DNA from: a virus
DNA: 64,000 nt
Direction: 5' to 3' (one strand)
IMG/VR virus record: IMGVR_UViG_3300037245_003526
Location: 88,297-152,296 of that record
The notes under the pieces are model-generated. The model searched no databases, had not been told where the DNA came from, and worked only from the letters and a program-made list of their open reading frames with translations. This document shows positions 18,653 through 29,503 of the stretch, one piece after another. The translations under genes were made by a program, and so were the position numbers. The stretch's first letter is position 1. The number at the start of each line of letters is the position of its first letter.

Positions 18653-21600
18653 TGGCAAGAGAAACCGAGGGTTTTCATTATACATTTATACATACTGTGT
18701 TTGGATCATTTATAAATGATACGTTGGAATTTTTTGCTGACTATTTATATCCTAGATTTGAGCATCAAGTAGTAGGAACCTATGATAAAGCAGTTGAATA
18801 TATAACAAAAAAAGATCAATATACAAGAGAAGAAGATAAACCAAATCTTCCCGCTATAATTTTAAATCCTGATGGTGAATTTAATTTAGATGAAGCAAAT
18901 ACTGGTGCTAGAAGTATATATCGTTTTCCAAATCTTATGTCTAGATTTTCTAGTATGATATATGATCCTATCTATCAAGATAATAATAATAAAGTAACTG
19001 TTGGTTTCACAAGATTAAAGGGAACTATAGAACTTTTATTATTACTCAATTCCTTTTACGAATATTTTGATGTAAAGATTTTCTTGATACAAATGTTTGG
19101 AGGTGAAGGAAAATACATCCATCCAGTTGAATTTGATTCTTTTATAATAATTCCTAATGATTTATATACATTCACATATGCAAATGATGTAACTGGTCTT
19201 ACATATAATTTAGATTGGACAGGTGCTGGAATTGAAAGTAAATTAGTAAGAACCACAAATAGAACCGAAATAGTTGTTCCAGGTAAAATTCGACCAACTT
19301 ATGCAATAAGGGGTATGAGTGATGCATCTACTAGACATGGTGGGATAGACTCTTTATCAGACTATAGATTAACAGTTCAAGTTGAATATGAAATTGAACT
19401 TCCTTCTTATATGATATTAGAAACTGATTATATTGTAGAACATGTTAACTTAGATTTACGATACGGTTCAAGTTATTCAGAATATTCAGATTATAATAAT
19501 GAACTCCCACAAGGAAGATATTTAACAAGAACAAGTTGGGATTCAGGATTAAGTGAAACAGAACATTCTGAATTTGACTCTGATGACTTACCTGATGAAG
19601 CAGAAATAGTACAAAAAATAGAATTAGAATCACGTACAAGATATTTTTATGAACTAACTAATGCAGATATTGATTCTACCTCTGATATATTTATAATTAT
19701 ATTTGAAGAAATTCTACAAGAAGAAAGATATTATCTTATTGTTAATAGTAAATATGGAGCAATGACATATGATCTCCACTACGATATACATAATAGTCAA
19801 ACAAGAATTCAGATAAAACGAGAAACAACCTCTGCATTAGAAGCTGGTGATATTATTGAATTATATGTTTATAAATTAATCCAATATCTTGCTGAGCTTG
19901 GAGCTACAGCTATTATAGGAACTGATCTGACTGCTAATGTAGAAATAACTATTCTACTTACTTCTACATCTATCATTCAATCTGATATCTATTCTGATTT
20001 AACTATTGGAGTTGTTGAAATTTCTTCAGGTACAAGTTCAATAGTTTCAGATGTTTCTATATCAGTTTTAACTATTGGAGTTATTGAAGTTTTATCAAGT
20101 ACAAGTTTAATAGAAACCTCTTGTAATGGATTATTACAATTTGGTCTTCCTGAATCTCTTTCAGGTACAGCAAATATAACATCATATGTTGATAATACAG
20201 CTATAATTTATTACAAATATTTAGATTCTTCACCTGCCATTCAATCTAATACAACATCTTCTTTACAACTAGGTCACGTAGAATCATTATCAAGCTCAGT
20301 AAATATAACAACCTCTGTTGATCATACAGGTTTAATTTATATAATAGTATCTTTGAGTGCTTCACCTATCATTCAATCTAATACAACATCTTCTTTACTA
20401 CTTGGACATGAAGAATCATTATCAGGTACATCAAATATAACATCCAATACAACATCTTCTTTACTACTTGGTCATGAAGAATCATTATCAGGTACATCAA
20501 ATATAACATCATATGTTGATAATACAGCTATAATTTATTTCAAATATTTAGATGCTTCATGTGTTATAGAAACCTCTTGTGATGGTTTATTAATTAACTA
20601 TATTGAACGACAAACAGATAAGGGATTTAATAATGTTACTGTAGAATCTGCTAGTTATATAACTCAGATAAGCAACACAGATCCAGCAGTTGCAACATTT
20701 GTTGGTGGTGCCGATATTGTAGTAGATGGAGATATGGAATCTGATGATGCTGCTTGGTTTAGTCAAGGAACGCCTACTGTGCAAGAACGATCAAGTGAGC
20801 AAGCGCATGCTGGAACTTATTCGAGAAAGTTCACTGTAGATGCTGTGAGTGAGGGTTTGAGGCAAAACTTTACAGGAATAAGTTGGAATGGCGTTCCACA
20901 AATGGCAACTTTCTGGATTTATGGAGATGGTGTAAATGAGTTGAATATAATTGTTGCTGGCTCATCTGCATTAGGTCAAGTAGACTCAACAGTTTATCCT
21001 GCATCATGGACAAAGGTATTTTTATATTTTGACGGTGATTCAGATACAACACCATATTTATTAATCAGATCCTCGGGGTCTTCTGGAACTTGGTATATTG
21101 ACGACGTTTCTATACAAGAAGTTGCAGATGTTGACGAAGGAGATTTTATTGTTTTAGATGAATTTGGTGATCACTTGACTCCGACTCTTTGGGATGCAGA
21201 TGCCTCAGTATTCACGAGCGGTGTTTATGCATGGCAAGGTTACAATGGTAACACAGTTGCGAATGTCGGAAACGAGCTTGAAGTTACTTATGTTGACGAT
21301 CAAAGAGGCGCATATTCTTCATTTAGAGATTCTTATGATTTATCGAGAAATCTTGTAGTAGGTGAGTGGTACATATTCCAAATAGATGCTTATTATATAG
21401 GTGGTGCCAGTGGAGTGAAAGTTAGGTTGCAGAATTCAGGCAGTTTTGATTCTGATCCATTGACAGGTTCCAAAACTACTTATACATGGGTTTTTAAAGC
21501 TTTAACTATTTTTGGATGTGCCACTACACAAATTTCAATGTCAGCGGGTAATAAAGTATATATTGATAATCTTTCTTTAGAACCTATTATGGCATTGGAT

Positions 21601-24600
21601 AATAATGTCTACGAGATATATGATATTGTTGACAACACTGCAAAACTTAGAAATCATGTTGGAGATCTTGATCTATCTGATTCAACTTCTGCTACTGGTG
21701 CAGGAACATGTAAAGTTATCACTATAGATGATTGGGTAGTAGGTGACGGCGTTGGTTCATATATTGATATTGATAGAGATAGTCCTGAATTAGTTATAGA
21801 CGGAGATATGACATCTGCTATTAATTGGCAAGTAGGTGCAGGTTGGTCGATAGGTGGAGGTGTTGCGACAAGTGATGGATCACCCGGATATTTAAACCAA
21901 AATAGTATAATAACAACAGGTAAAGTTTATAAGGTTGAGTTTGAGGTTACAGCTTATACATCAGGTACTATAATTGGATATATAAATTCCCCGTGGGATT
22001 GGATTGAAACAGCTACAGGAACATATTCATACATTTTAGAGGCTACTAGTGAAAGTCTACGCTTTTATTCTGCTGCTTTTATTGGTTCAATTGATAATGT
22101 CTCAATTAAAGAAGTTTCAGATATATCAGTACAGGTTACAGGTTCTCAAAGTGCAGAAACTAGTATAATACAAAATGTAAATGAGATTGTTGATGAAGAA
22201 TTAAGAACTTCATTCTCAGTAATTGATAGAACAGCTGGAGGTGTAACTCCTACAGCAGGTGGTACTGACGGAACCGAGGTAATAACAAATGGTGATCATT
22301 CTGAAAATTTAATAACAGTAGGAACTGATGATTCAGGATTAAAAATAAGTACAGGATTTATGGGTAGAGTTGATGATCTAACAATTGAAGAAGTAGAAAG
22401 AGGTTCTAAATTATTAGGTACATCAAATATTACAACTATTGATTCTTCTGCATTTATGACTAATTTCATATATTTAGATGCTTCATGTGTTATAGAAACC
22501 TCTTGTGATGGTTTATTTATTAATTATGTTGAACGTCAAATAAATGGTGATTTTTCAGAAATATCTTTAGGATCTAATATTGATATATCTCAAATTACTA
22601 ACGCTGATCCTGCAGTTGCAACATTTACTCTTGGTACAGATTTATGGGACGCCGATGCCGCAGTATTTACAAGCGGGACTTATAGTTGGCTTCCGTATAC
22701 AAATACAATTGCTAATGTTGGAAATGAATTAGAAATTACTTTTGTAGATCATTCCAGAGGTGCTTATTGTTATTTAAGAGATGCACATGATTTAATTTCT
22801 GATTTAACTGTCGGTCAATGGTATAAGTTATCAGTTGATGCATATTATACAGGTGGTGCAAGCGGGGTGCAATTGCGTCTTGCGGTAGAGACACCCATAC
22901 TCTCAGATTTGTTGACCGGAATTAAAACAACTTATACTTTTTATTTTGTGGCTACGTCAGTAAATGGACATGATCTTAGCTTTTTAAATATGGGTGCCTC
23001 TAATGTAGTTTATATAGATAATTTAAAAATTGAACCTTTTGCTGGAATAGTAGAGGAAGGAGATTTTATAAATCTTGGTGGTTTCGGGGATGTTCTTAGT
23101 CCAGATCTTGCATCTGGTTGGGATTTTACAAGTGGATGGTCTACATCAGTAGAGTGCACTATTGATGATTCTGATTCTTTTACTACGACAGGTTCAAGTC
23201 GATCTGTATATATTACGACTATAATGGAAGTTGGAAAATGGTATAAAGTAACAATTGTTGGGTCAACTTCAAGTAGCGATATTCGTTGTATAGCAGGGTC
23301 TTCAATTCCAGGAAGTAACGAACCTGGATTTGGAGTACATTATTTAAAATGTACTGGGATTGCCAGATTTTATATACAAAATACTACTGCCGGAATCACA
23401 GATATAACAACTCTTGAAATTGAAGAAGTAAAGTCAATAGATGATTATATCTACGAGGTTGGAGCATTTACGGATAATACTGCTCCTTTAAGGAATCATG
23501 TAGGTGATTTAGATTTATCAGATCTTGCTGGAGTTACAGGAGCGGGATACGGTCAAGTAGCCACGATAGATGATTGGACAGTAGATGATGGAGTTGGTCC
23601 TCATTTTAGTTATACCTCTATTATTTACAACGAAGTTGTAAATGGAGATATGGAACTTGATACAAGTTGGGTGAGTGTTTTGACACCTACTGTTCAAGAA
23701 AGAAGCAGCGAACAGGCACATAGTTTAACCTATAGTAGAAAAATCACCGTTGATGCAGAGTATGAAGGAGTTCAACAAACAATACCTGGTTCTGCTGATT
23801 ATGGGTTATATAAAATTACTGCATGGATATATGGGGATGCCACAAATAAACTTGCGGCTTATCTTGATACAGAAAGTGTTCTCGTATATTATTCGGATGT
23901 AGAGGGAGATGTCTATCCAGCTTCTTGGACAAAAATAACTTGGTATTCTATACTTGATGAAGGAACAAATCCAATTGTAGCATTCGTGTCAGGTCAGGGA
24001 GATACAACAGGAACTTGGTATATAGATGATGTCAGTATATTGAAAGTTTATTCCTCAGTACAGGTTACAGGTTCCCAAAGTGCAGAAACCAGTTTATTAC
24101 AAGATGTAAATGAGATTATTGATGCAGATTTTAGAATTTTATGGACAGTAGAAGACCGTACAGCAGGAGGTACAACTCCTACAGCAGGTGGTACTGATGG
24201 AACTACCGAGATAATAATAAACGGTGATCATTCTTCTGAAATTTTAACTGCAGTAGGAACCGACGATTCAGGATTAAAAATAAGTACAGGATTTATGGGT
24301 AGAATTGATGATATAACAATTGAAGAACTAAAACAATATACTGAATTTTCAGGTACATCAAATATAACAACTTCTGATTCTACAGCAGTTATATTTGGAT
24401 TCACTGCAGTTCCACGTCAAACAAATGAAGGATTTGGAGAGATAACACTTGGTAGTGATATAAATATATCACAAATTACTAATACTAATCCAGCATTAGT
24501 GACTTTTGCTGATATTGGTGCAGACGATGTAACAAATGGAGATAATGAAGCTGCACTATTTACCTATAATAATTCAGCAAGAGGGGGAACGACTCAATCG

Positions 24601-26292
24601 TCTGAACAAGCGCATAGTGGAACTTATTCAGCTAAATACGTAGCAACTGATGCTATTGGGCAGCATTATGTGTCTTGGTTAGCAAATCAATATAATGAAG
24701 GAGATTTAATTTATTTAGAAGCATGGGTTTATTTACCGAGTGGTCAGGATATAACGACATTAAATTTACAAGTATATGCGGATACTATTGATACTATAAC
24801 TACAACGGACACATGGGTTAAAATGTCTGGATATTTTGATGTTTTGAGTAGTCATTATTTTGATGTCAATGTAGAGCCTTGGTCCGGTATTGATTTAGAA
24901 AATCAGTATTTCTATATGGATGATATTGTAACCAAAAAAGTATCTGCTCCAGCACCGGGAGATTTTGTTTATCTTGATGGATTTGGTGAACATCTTGCTC
25001 CTACCATTTGGGATGAAGATGCTGCGGTATTTACGAGTGGAACTTATAGTTGGGAAGTTCAAGGAACAAATACAATTGCAAATGTTAGCAATGAACTTGA
25101 GATTACACATGTTGATAGTAACTTAGGAGCACAAAGCCGTTTCAGAGATGCATGGGATTTATCGGAAAATACTGTAATCGGGCAATGGTATAAATTTCAG
25201 GTTGATGCGTATTATACAGGTGGTTCGTCGGGTGTTTATTTAAGATTGTATGATGGAACTGCATATCATGATAGTGACAGCCTTACAGGAAGTAAAATAA
25301 CTTATACTCTTTATTTCAAAGCCTATAGTGAGACTGGATGTTATGTAAGATTGAATAATATGACTTCTGATAATTTAGTTTATATTGATAACCTTTCTTT
25401 ACAAAAAATAATGCCATTAGATAAATATATATATGAAATATACGATTTTGATGTTAATGGTAATGCTAAACTTAAAAACCATGTTGGAGATCTTGATTTA
25501 TCTGATTCAACAGCAGTAATAGATACAACAGGAACGATGCAAATTGCTACTATAGATGATTGGGTAGTAGGTGATGGAGTTGGACCTTATCAGGAAGTTG
25601 ATCGTACTCAAATTCTTAATAATAATGACTTTTCTGGTACTTGGGGAGCTAATGATTTACCTGAAGGTTGGGGTCAATTAGGAACACCTGATGCTAATAA
25701 TTATTTTGAAAAAGACGATACTAATAACAGAATAAGAATTGTTACTAATAGTAATACTATAGGCATTGCTCAATCTGGCCTGTTGTTTGTAGAGACACTG
25801 TATTATTATGAATGCGATGTATATTCTGCAACTGGAGGAATAATATTACGTACTGGGCATTCTGACCTTCATATAACTCTTGATTCAGCAGGGATATATA
25901 GTGGATTTTTTATCGTTCCTACTGGTAAATCAGCAATTTTTTATCTTAGAGATGGAGCTATTTCAGGAGATGTAGTAATTAACTATGTAAAAATATATGA
26001 AGTATCCAGATCGGTACAAGTTACAGGTTCTCAAACAGCAGAATCTTCAATACTTCAAGATGCAAGTGAAGATACAACTGCAGAATTTAGAATTTCATGG
26101 ACATTAGCAGACCGTACAGCAGGAGGTACAACTCCTACAGCAGGTGGTACTGATGGAACTGAAGTAATTACAAATGATGATCATACTGAAACTTTAATAA
26201 CAGAAGATACAAGTGATTCAGGATTAAAAATAAGTACAGGATGTATTGGAACAGTTGATGATTTAACAATTGAAGAATTAATTTATTGGTAA
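18652..26292 (+). CDS. giant modular virion-associated protein (2546 aa). Repeated carbohydrate-binding-like jelly-roll modules suggest a fibre or adhesin.
   Basis: Uninterrupted 7.6-kb ORF. It has three copies of a ~650-aa supermodule. The recurring blocks are ERSSEQAH.GTYS ... WYIDDVSI, WDADA.VFTSG.Y.W ... VYIDNLSLEP, NHVGDLDLSD ... IDDWVVGDGVG, and SVQVTGSQSAETS ... DRTAGGTTPTAGGTDGT ... GLKISTGFMGR.DD.TIEE. Aromatic/Gly-rich blocks are typical of CBM or lectin folds. Confidence 0.5.
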   Translation: MARETEGFHYTFIHTVFGSFINDTLEFFADYLYPRFEHQVVGTYDKAVEYITKKDQYTREEDKPNLPAIILNPDGEFNLDEANTGARSIYRFPNLMSRFSSMIYDPIYQDNNNKVTVGFTRLKGTIELLLLLNSFYEYFDVKIFLIQMFGGEGKYIHPVEFDSFIIIPNDLYTFTYANDVTGLTYNLDWTGAGIESKLVRTTNRTEIVVPGKIRPTYAIRGMSDASTRHGGIDSLSDYRLTVQVEYEIELPSYMILETDYIVEHVNLDLRYGSSYSEYSDYNNELPQGRYLTRTSWDSGLSETEHSEFDSDDLPDEAEIVQKIELESRTRYFYELTNADIDSTSDIFIIIFEEILQEERYYLIVNSKYGAMTYDLHYDIHNSQTRIQIKRETTSALEAGDIIELYVYKLIQYLAELGATAIIGTDLTANVEITILLTSTSIIQSDIYSDLTIGVVEISSGTSSIVSDVSISVLTIGVIEVLSSTSLIETSCNGLLQFGLPESLSGTANITSYVDNTAIIYYKYLDSSPAIQSNTTSSLQLGHVESLSSSVNITTSVDHTGLIYIIVSLSASPIIQSNTTSSLLLGHEESLSGTSNITSNTTSSLLLGHEESLSGTSNITSYVDNTAIIYFKYLDASCVIETSCDGLLINYIERQTDKGFNNVTVESASYITQISNTDPAVATFVGGADIVVDGDMESDDAAWFSQGTPTVQERSSEQAHAGTYSRKFTVDAVSEGLRQNFTGISWNGVPQMATFWIYGDGVNELNIIVAGSSALGQVDSTVYPASWTKVFLYFDGDSDTTPYLLIRSSGSSGTWYIDDVSIQEVADVDEGDFIVLDEFGDHLTPTLWDADASVFTSGVYAWQGYNGNTVANVGNELEVTYVDDQRGAYSSFRDSYDLSRNLVVGEWYIFQIDAYYIGGASGVKVRLQNSGSFDSDPLTGSKTTYTWVFKALTIFGCATTQISMSAGNKVYIDNLSLEPIMALDNNVYEIYDIVDNTAKLRNHVGDLDLSDSTSATGAGTCKVITIDDWVVGDGVGSYIDIDRDSPELVIDGDMTSAINWQVGAGWSIGGGVATSDGSPGYLNQNSIITTGKVYKVEFEVTAYTSGTIIGYINSPWDWIETATGTYSYILEATSESLRFYSAAFIGSIDNVSIKEVSDISVQVTGSQSAETSIIQNVNEIVDEELRTSFSVIDRTAGGVTPTAGGTDGTEVITNGDHSENLITVGTDDSGLKISTGFMGRVDDLTIEEVERGSKLLGTSNITTIDSSAFMTNFIYLDASCVIETSCDGLFINYVERQINGDFSEISLGSNIDISQITNADPAVATFTLGTDLWDADAAVFTSGTYSWLPYTNTIANVGNELEITFVDHSRGAYCYLRDAHDLISDLTVGQWYKLSVDAYYTGGASGVQLRLAVETPILSDLLTGIKTTYTFYFVATSVNGHDLSFLNMGASNVVYIDNLKIEPFAGIVEEGDFINLGGFGDVLSPDLASGWDFTSGWSTSVECTIDDSDSFTTTGSSRSVYITTIMEVGKWYKVTIVGSTSSSDIRCIAGSSIPGSNEPGFGVHYLKCTGIARFYIQNTTAGITDITTLEIEEVKSIDDYIYEVGAFTDNTAPLRNHVGDLDLSDLAGVTGAGYGQVATIDDWTVDDGVGPHFSYTSIIYNEVVNGDMELDTSWVSVLTPTVQERSSEQAHSLTYSRKITVDAEYEGVQQTIPGSADYGLYKITAWIYGDATNKLAAYLDTESVLVYYSDVEGDVYPASWTKITWYSILDEGTNPIVAFVSGQGDTTGTWYIDDVSILKVYSSVQVTGSQSAETSLLQDVNEIIDADFRILWTVEDRTAGGTTPTAGGTDGTTEIIINGDHSSEILTAVGTDDSGLKISTGFMGRIDDITIEELKQYTEFSGTSNITTSDSTAVIFGFTAVPRQTNEGFGEITLGSDINISQITNTNPALVTFADIGADDVTNGDNEAALFTYNNSARGGTTQSSEQAHSGTYSAKYVATDAIGQHYVSWLANQYNEGDLIYLEAWVYLPSGQDITTLNLQVYADTIDTITTTDTWVKMSGYFDVLSSHYFDVNVEPWSGIDLENQYFYMDDIVTKKVSAPAPGDFVYLDGFGEHLAPTIWDEDAAVFTSGTYSWEVQGTNTIANVSNELEITHVDSNLGAQSRFRDAWDLSENTVIGQWYKFQVDAYYTGGSSGVYLRLYDGTAYHDSDSLTGSKITYTLYFKAYSETGCYVRLNNMTSDNLVYIDNLSLQKIMPLDKYIYEIYDFDVNGNAKLKNHVGDLDLSDSTAVIDTTGTMQIATIDDWVVGDGVGPYQEVDRTQILNNNDFSGTWGANDLPEGWGQLGTPDANNYFEKDDTNNRIRIVTNSNTIGIAQSGLLFVETLYYYECDVYSATGGIILRTGHSDLHITLDSAGIYSGFFIVPTGKSAIFYLRDGAISGDVVINYVKIYEVSRSVQVTGSQTAESSILQDASEDTTAEFRISWTLADRTAGGTTPTAGGTDGTEVITNDDHTETLITEDTSDSGLKISTGCIGTVDDLTIEELIYW

Positions 26293-26314
26293 CTTTAAAA
26301 GAAGGAGATTTAAA

Positions 26315-26569
26315 ATGACAATTGCAACAGACAAACAACAAGTAGATGATATGCATGTAACTACAAACGCAGTTCTTTCTATAATTGCTGAACTTGAAGG
26401 TTTCGCATCAGATCTTGCAAAAAGAAAAAGTAGGGTTGATAATTATCTAGCACAGGTTCAATCTGATTCTCTAAGTGTAGTTGGGGATGATTTGAAAACT
26501 GAAGTTTTATCCCGTATTAATATTCTTGATGCAGCTACAAGTGCAATGAATGCTCTTTCTGATATTTAA
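26315..26569 (+). CDS. hypothetical protein
   Basis: 84 aa with RBS AAGGAG. Confidence 0.4.
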   Translation: MTIATDKQQVDDMHVTTNAVLSIIAELEGFASDLAKRKSRVDNYLAQVQSDSLSVVGDDLKTEVLSRINILDAATSAMNALSDI

Positions 26570-26643
26570 GTAGTGCATGCTGAGTTGGTAAAAAGTTTAT
26601 ATTATAAGAACAAAATATAAATGATCCAATCGGAGGATTAATA

Positions 26644-27294
26644 ATGGGACTTACAATACAACAAGCTAGAGTAACACATGCTAAAAAAATTATTCAAAGC
26701 AGAAGAAAAAAACTAGTTACAAAAAAAGTTACAACTCCAGCTGGTCAACCCCATAAAATAACACAATCCGCTTGGTCTAATTTTTATAAAAAAGAAGGAG
26801 ATAATATTATGACTACAGATCAAGAATTATTTGATGAAATGTGTAAAGATCATAAGAAAAAAATGGCAGGTAAAAGAGTTAAAGAAATAAATATGGAGAA
26901 AGAAATTAATGAAGCTATGCCTCCTGGTTATTGGATTCAAACAGCCACACAAATAGGTATGGACTATTTAAGACAAATGAATGTTAAGAAAAAAGCTGCT
27001 ATGCAAACAGCAAAGGAAGATGAAGAGAATCAACAAGAGAGTGCAGAGGATCTTTATGAAGATATAAAATCATGGCTTAAAGGAAAAGCTATTCCTAAAG
27101 GTACTAGTGCAGCAGCTGCAAGAACTAGTAAACATACTTATAAGAAAATGTTAGATGCTGCAAGTGCTGGTAGAAAAAAGAAAGCAAAACCAGCTCCTAA
27201 ACCAAAAGAAAAATTATATGTATCTACTGATGCTAAAAGAAAAGCATTTTTAGCTAGACAGCTTAAACGATTAAAAGCTGCTGGTAAAATGTAA
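26644..27294 (+). CDS. Lys/Ala-rich basic protein (histone H1-like tail)
   Basis: C-terminal AAAARTSK ... GRKKKAKPAPKPKEK ... KRLKAAGK. Confidence 0.4.
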   Translation: MGLTIQQARVTHAKKIIQSRRKKLVTKKVTTPAGQPHKITQSAWSNFYKKEGDNIMTTDQELFDEMCKDHKKKMAGKRVKEINMEKEINEAMPPGYWIQTATQIGMDYLRQMNVKKKAAMQTAKEDEENQQESAEDLYEDIKSWLKGKAIPKGTSAAAARTSKHTYKKMLDAASAGRKKKAKPAPKPKEKLYVSTDAKRKAFLARQLKRLKAAGKM

Positions 27295-27329
27295 AAATAT
27301 TTTAAAATAAGAAAGGAAAAAATGAAATT

Positions 27330-28583
27330 GTGAAGAATTATAGCGAAAAATTCAATCAACGAGATATAAAAGAAGTTTCTTCTGTGGAAATAAAAAAACT
27401 AGGATTATCAACAGATGGTCTTAAACATGTTGAAAAGATAGAAGAACTTAGAAAATCACCATTAAATTTAGTTATAGCAGAATGTATCCAAACATGTGAA
27501 TTTACGCAAAATAAATTTAAAAAACAAAAATTAAAGAGAAGAAAAAAATATGTAATGGGTCTGGGTATTTATAAACAGTTATGGTATGATACTGCAAGTT
27601 GTAGAAAAATACTCAGACCTTCGACCGTAAAATTTAAAAATATTTATAAACCATATCAAGGTCAAGATTTAACTGATAAGAAAATATTGATAACTAGAAC
27701 TGGTGGAATAGGAGACTTATTATTCATCCTTCCAAATTTAATATATCTTAAAGAAGAATATCCAACTTGTAAAATCTATTTTGCGTGTGGTCCGCAATAT
27801 CAAGATATGGTTAATAATTGGGATTGTATTGATGAGATTTTAGATCAACCATTTCCATTTGCATTTTTAACAACTGCTCATTATCATGCAGCTTTCGAGG
27901 GTGTTATAGAAAGAGCAGAAGAAGCTAAATATACCAATGCCTATCGTCTATTTACAAATTGGTTGGGTCTTGAATTACCAGATGAAAAATTAATTCCTGT
28001 ACAAGAACCAAAACCTCTTTTAGTTGATATATGTAATAATTTTTTAACTGAAAGAGAAAAAGATGAAGGATTTATAACAATACAACTTAGAGCATCATCT
28101 CCAATTAGAACCCCACGACCTACCTTCTGGAAAAATATAATTGATGGTTTAGTAAAGAAAAATTATAATGTAATTATTACTGATACTCCTCATATGGAAA
28201 AATCAATAGATCAGTTTATAGAAACTTTAAATCCTCTTACTCAGGAAAGAACTAGAAATTTTTCTAAACAATCAGTATCACTTGATTATTCAATTGCACT
28301 TGTCTCACTTTCAAAATGTGCAATATCTCCTGATAGTTCTTTGATTCATATTGCTGCTAGTATGAAAATACCAGCTTTTGGTATATATGGTGCATTTCCT
28401 GGTAATATAAGATTATCTACTTATAAAAATGTTGACTGGATTGAACCAGTTGGAGTAAGGTGTTGTCCATGTTTTATTCATGGTCCAAACCCATGCAGAA
28501 ATTCAGTAGATGGGCACCCAACATGTTATGATAAAATTAATGTAACTGAATCATTAGAAAAAGTTGAAAGGTTAATAAAATGA
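27330..28583 (+). CDS. glycosyltransferase family 9 (heptosyltransferase-like)
   Basis: KKILITRTGGIGDLLFILPNLIYLKEEYP (GT9 N-terminal motif). GTG start per the ORF track. Confidence 0.5.
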   Translation: MKNYSEKFNQRDIKEVSSVEIKKLGLSTDGLKHVEKIEELRKSPLNLVIAECIQTCEFTQNKFKKQKLKRRKKYVMGLGIYKQLWYDTASCRKILRPSTVKFKNIYKPYQGQDLTDKKILITRTGGIGDLLFILPNLIYLKEEYPTCKIYFACGPQYQDMVNNWDCIDEILDQPFPFAFLTTAHYHAAFEGVIERAEEAKYTNAYRLFTNWLGLELPDEKLIPVQEPKPLLVDICNNFLTEREKDEGFITIQLRASSPIRTPRPTFWKNIIDGLVKKNYNVIITDTPHMEKSIDQFIETLNPLTQERTRNFSKQSVSLDYSIALVSLSKCAISPDSSLIHIAASMKIPAFGIYGAFPGNIRLSTYKNVDWIEPVGVRCCPCFIHGPNPCRNSVDGHPTCYDKINVTESLEKVERLIK

Positions 28584-29416
28584 TAAAAATCGCCATAACT
28601 GTGCGGAATCGTTTGGCAGTAACTAAAAAATGTATAGAAGCTATAAAACGGCATTCAAAACTTCCTCACCAAATATATGTTTATGATAATTTAACAAATT
28701 ATAAAGTTCAAGAACATTTTGATTATTTTAGAGATCTATGGATTGCTGGCGAAATTAAACAAGTAACGTTTAATACTAAAGAATCAACTTTTAATGCATT
28801 TTCTAAAGCATCTTCTTTAAATAGTTTTGGAAAAAATCATGAACAAGATCCTAATATTAAATCATATGATTTTATTTTATTTCTTGATAATGACGCTTTA
28901 GTTATGCCTGATTGGGATTTAAAATTATCTAAAGCTTGGGGAGTTGTTAAAAAAAGAAAAAAGGATAATATTTTAGTTATAGGTCAAGCAAGGGGTAGTG
29001 GTATTAAATATCCTGTTAAAAATAATACTGACAAATTAGGAGGTATGGCATATAGTCTTGGAAAATTAGGAGGAAGTTATTTCTGGTCTGTAAGACCAAC
29101 TTTCTTTAAAGATGTTGGTTATTTAGATTTATCTAAACTAGTTGGTAAGAATAAAAAACATGACCAAAATTATTGGACTCTTATGGATAGAAAGAATAAT
29201 GGACAACCATATATAGCTGGTTTAAAAGAAAAACTAGTTTTAGACTGTGGAGGTTTCGTTGGATCTATTTGTAACATATTAGCACAAGGAGAGAATAAAG
29301 AAAAATTAGAAAAAGCAAAACGTAAAGAGTCAGAGAAAAAAGTTGATGATTTATCATTTGAAGATTTTTATAAAAAGATGTTAAAAAAGAATGGTGTCTT
29401 AGAAAATATAACTTGA
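28580..29416 (+). CDS. glycosyltransferase (GT-A / GT2-like)
   Basis: IKIAITVRNRLAVTKKCIEAI N-terminus and an FLDNDAL DxD-like motif. Confidence 0.4.
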   Translation: MIKIAITVRNRLAVTKKCIEAIKRHSKLPHQIYVYDNLTNYKVQEHFDYFRDLWIAGEIKQVTFNTKESTFNAFSKASSLNSFGKNHEQDPNIKSYDFILFLDNDALVMPDWDLKLSKAWGVVKKRKKDNILVIGQARGSGIKYPVKNNTDKLGGMAYSLGKLGGSYFWSVRPTFFKDVGYLDLSKLVGKNKKHDQNYWTLMDRKNNGQPYIAGLKEKLVLDCGGFVGSICNILAQGENKEKLEKAKRKESEKKVDDLSFEDFYKKMLKKNGVLENIT

Positions 29417-29503
29417 GATAAAGAAACTAAAAATGTTTCTGTAGGAAACAAAAAAATCAAAAATAAAAAAGAAAGAGCTATTATTTGTACTCATGTAGGT
29501 GAA

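Noticed and set aside
19056-25110. Six short minus-strand ORFs (61-71 aa) inside the giant gene
   Set aside because: They lie antisense within a continuous 7.6-kb coding frame, are low-complexity, and have no RBS. They are spurious.
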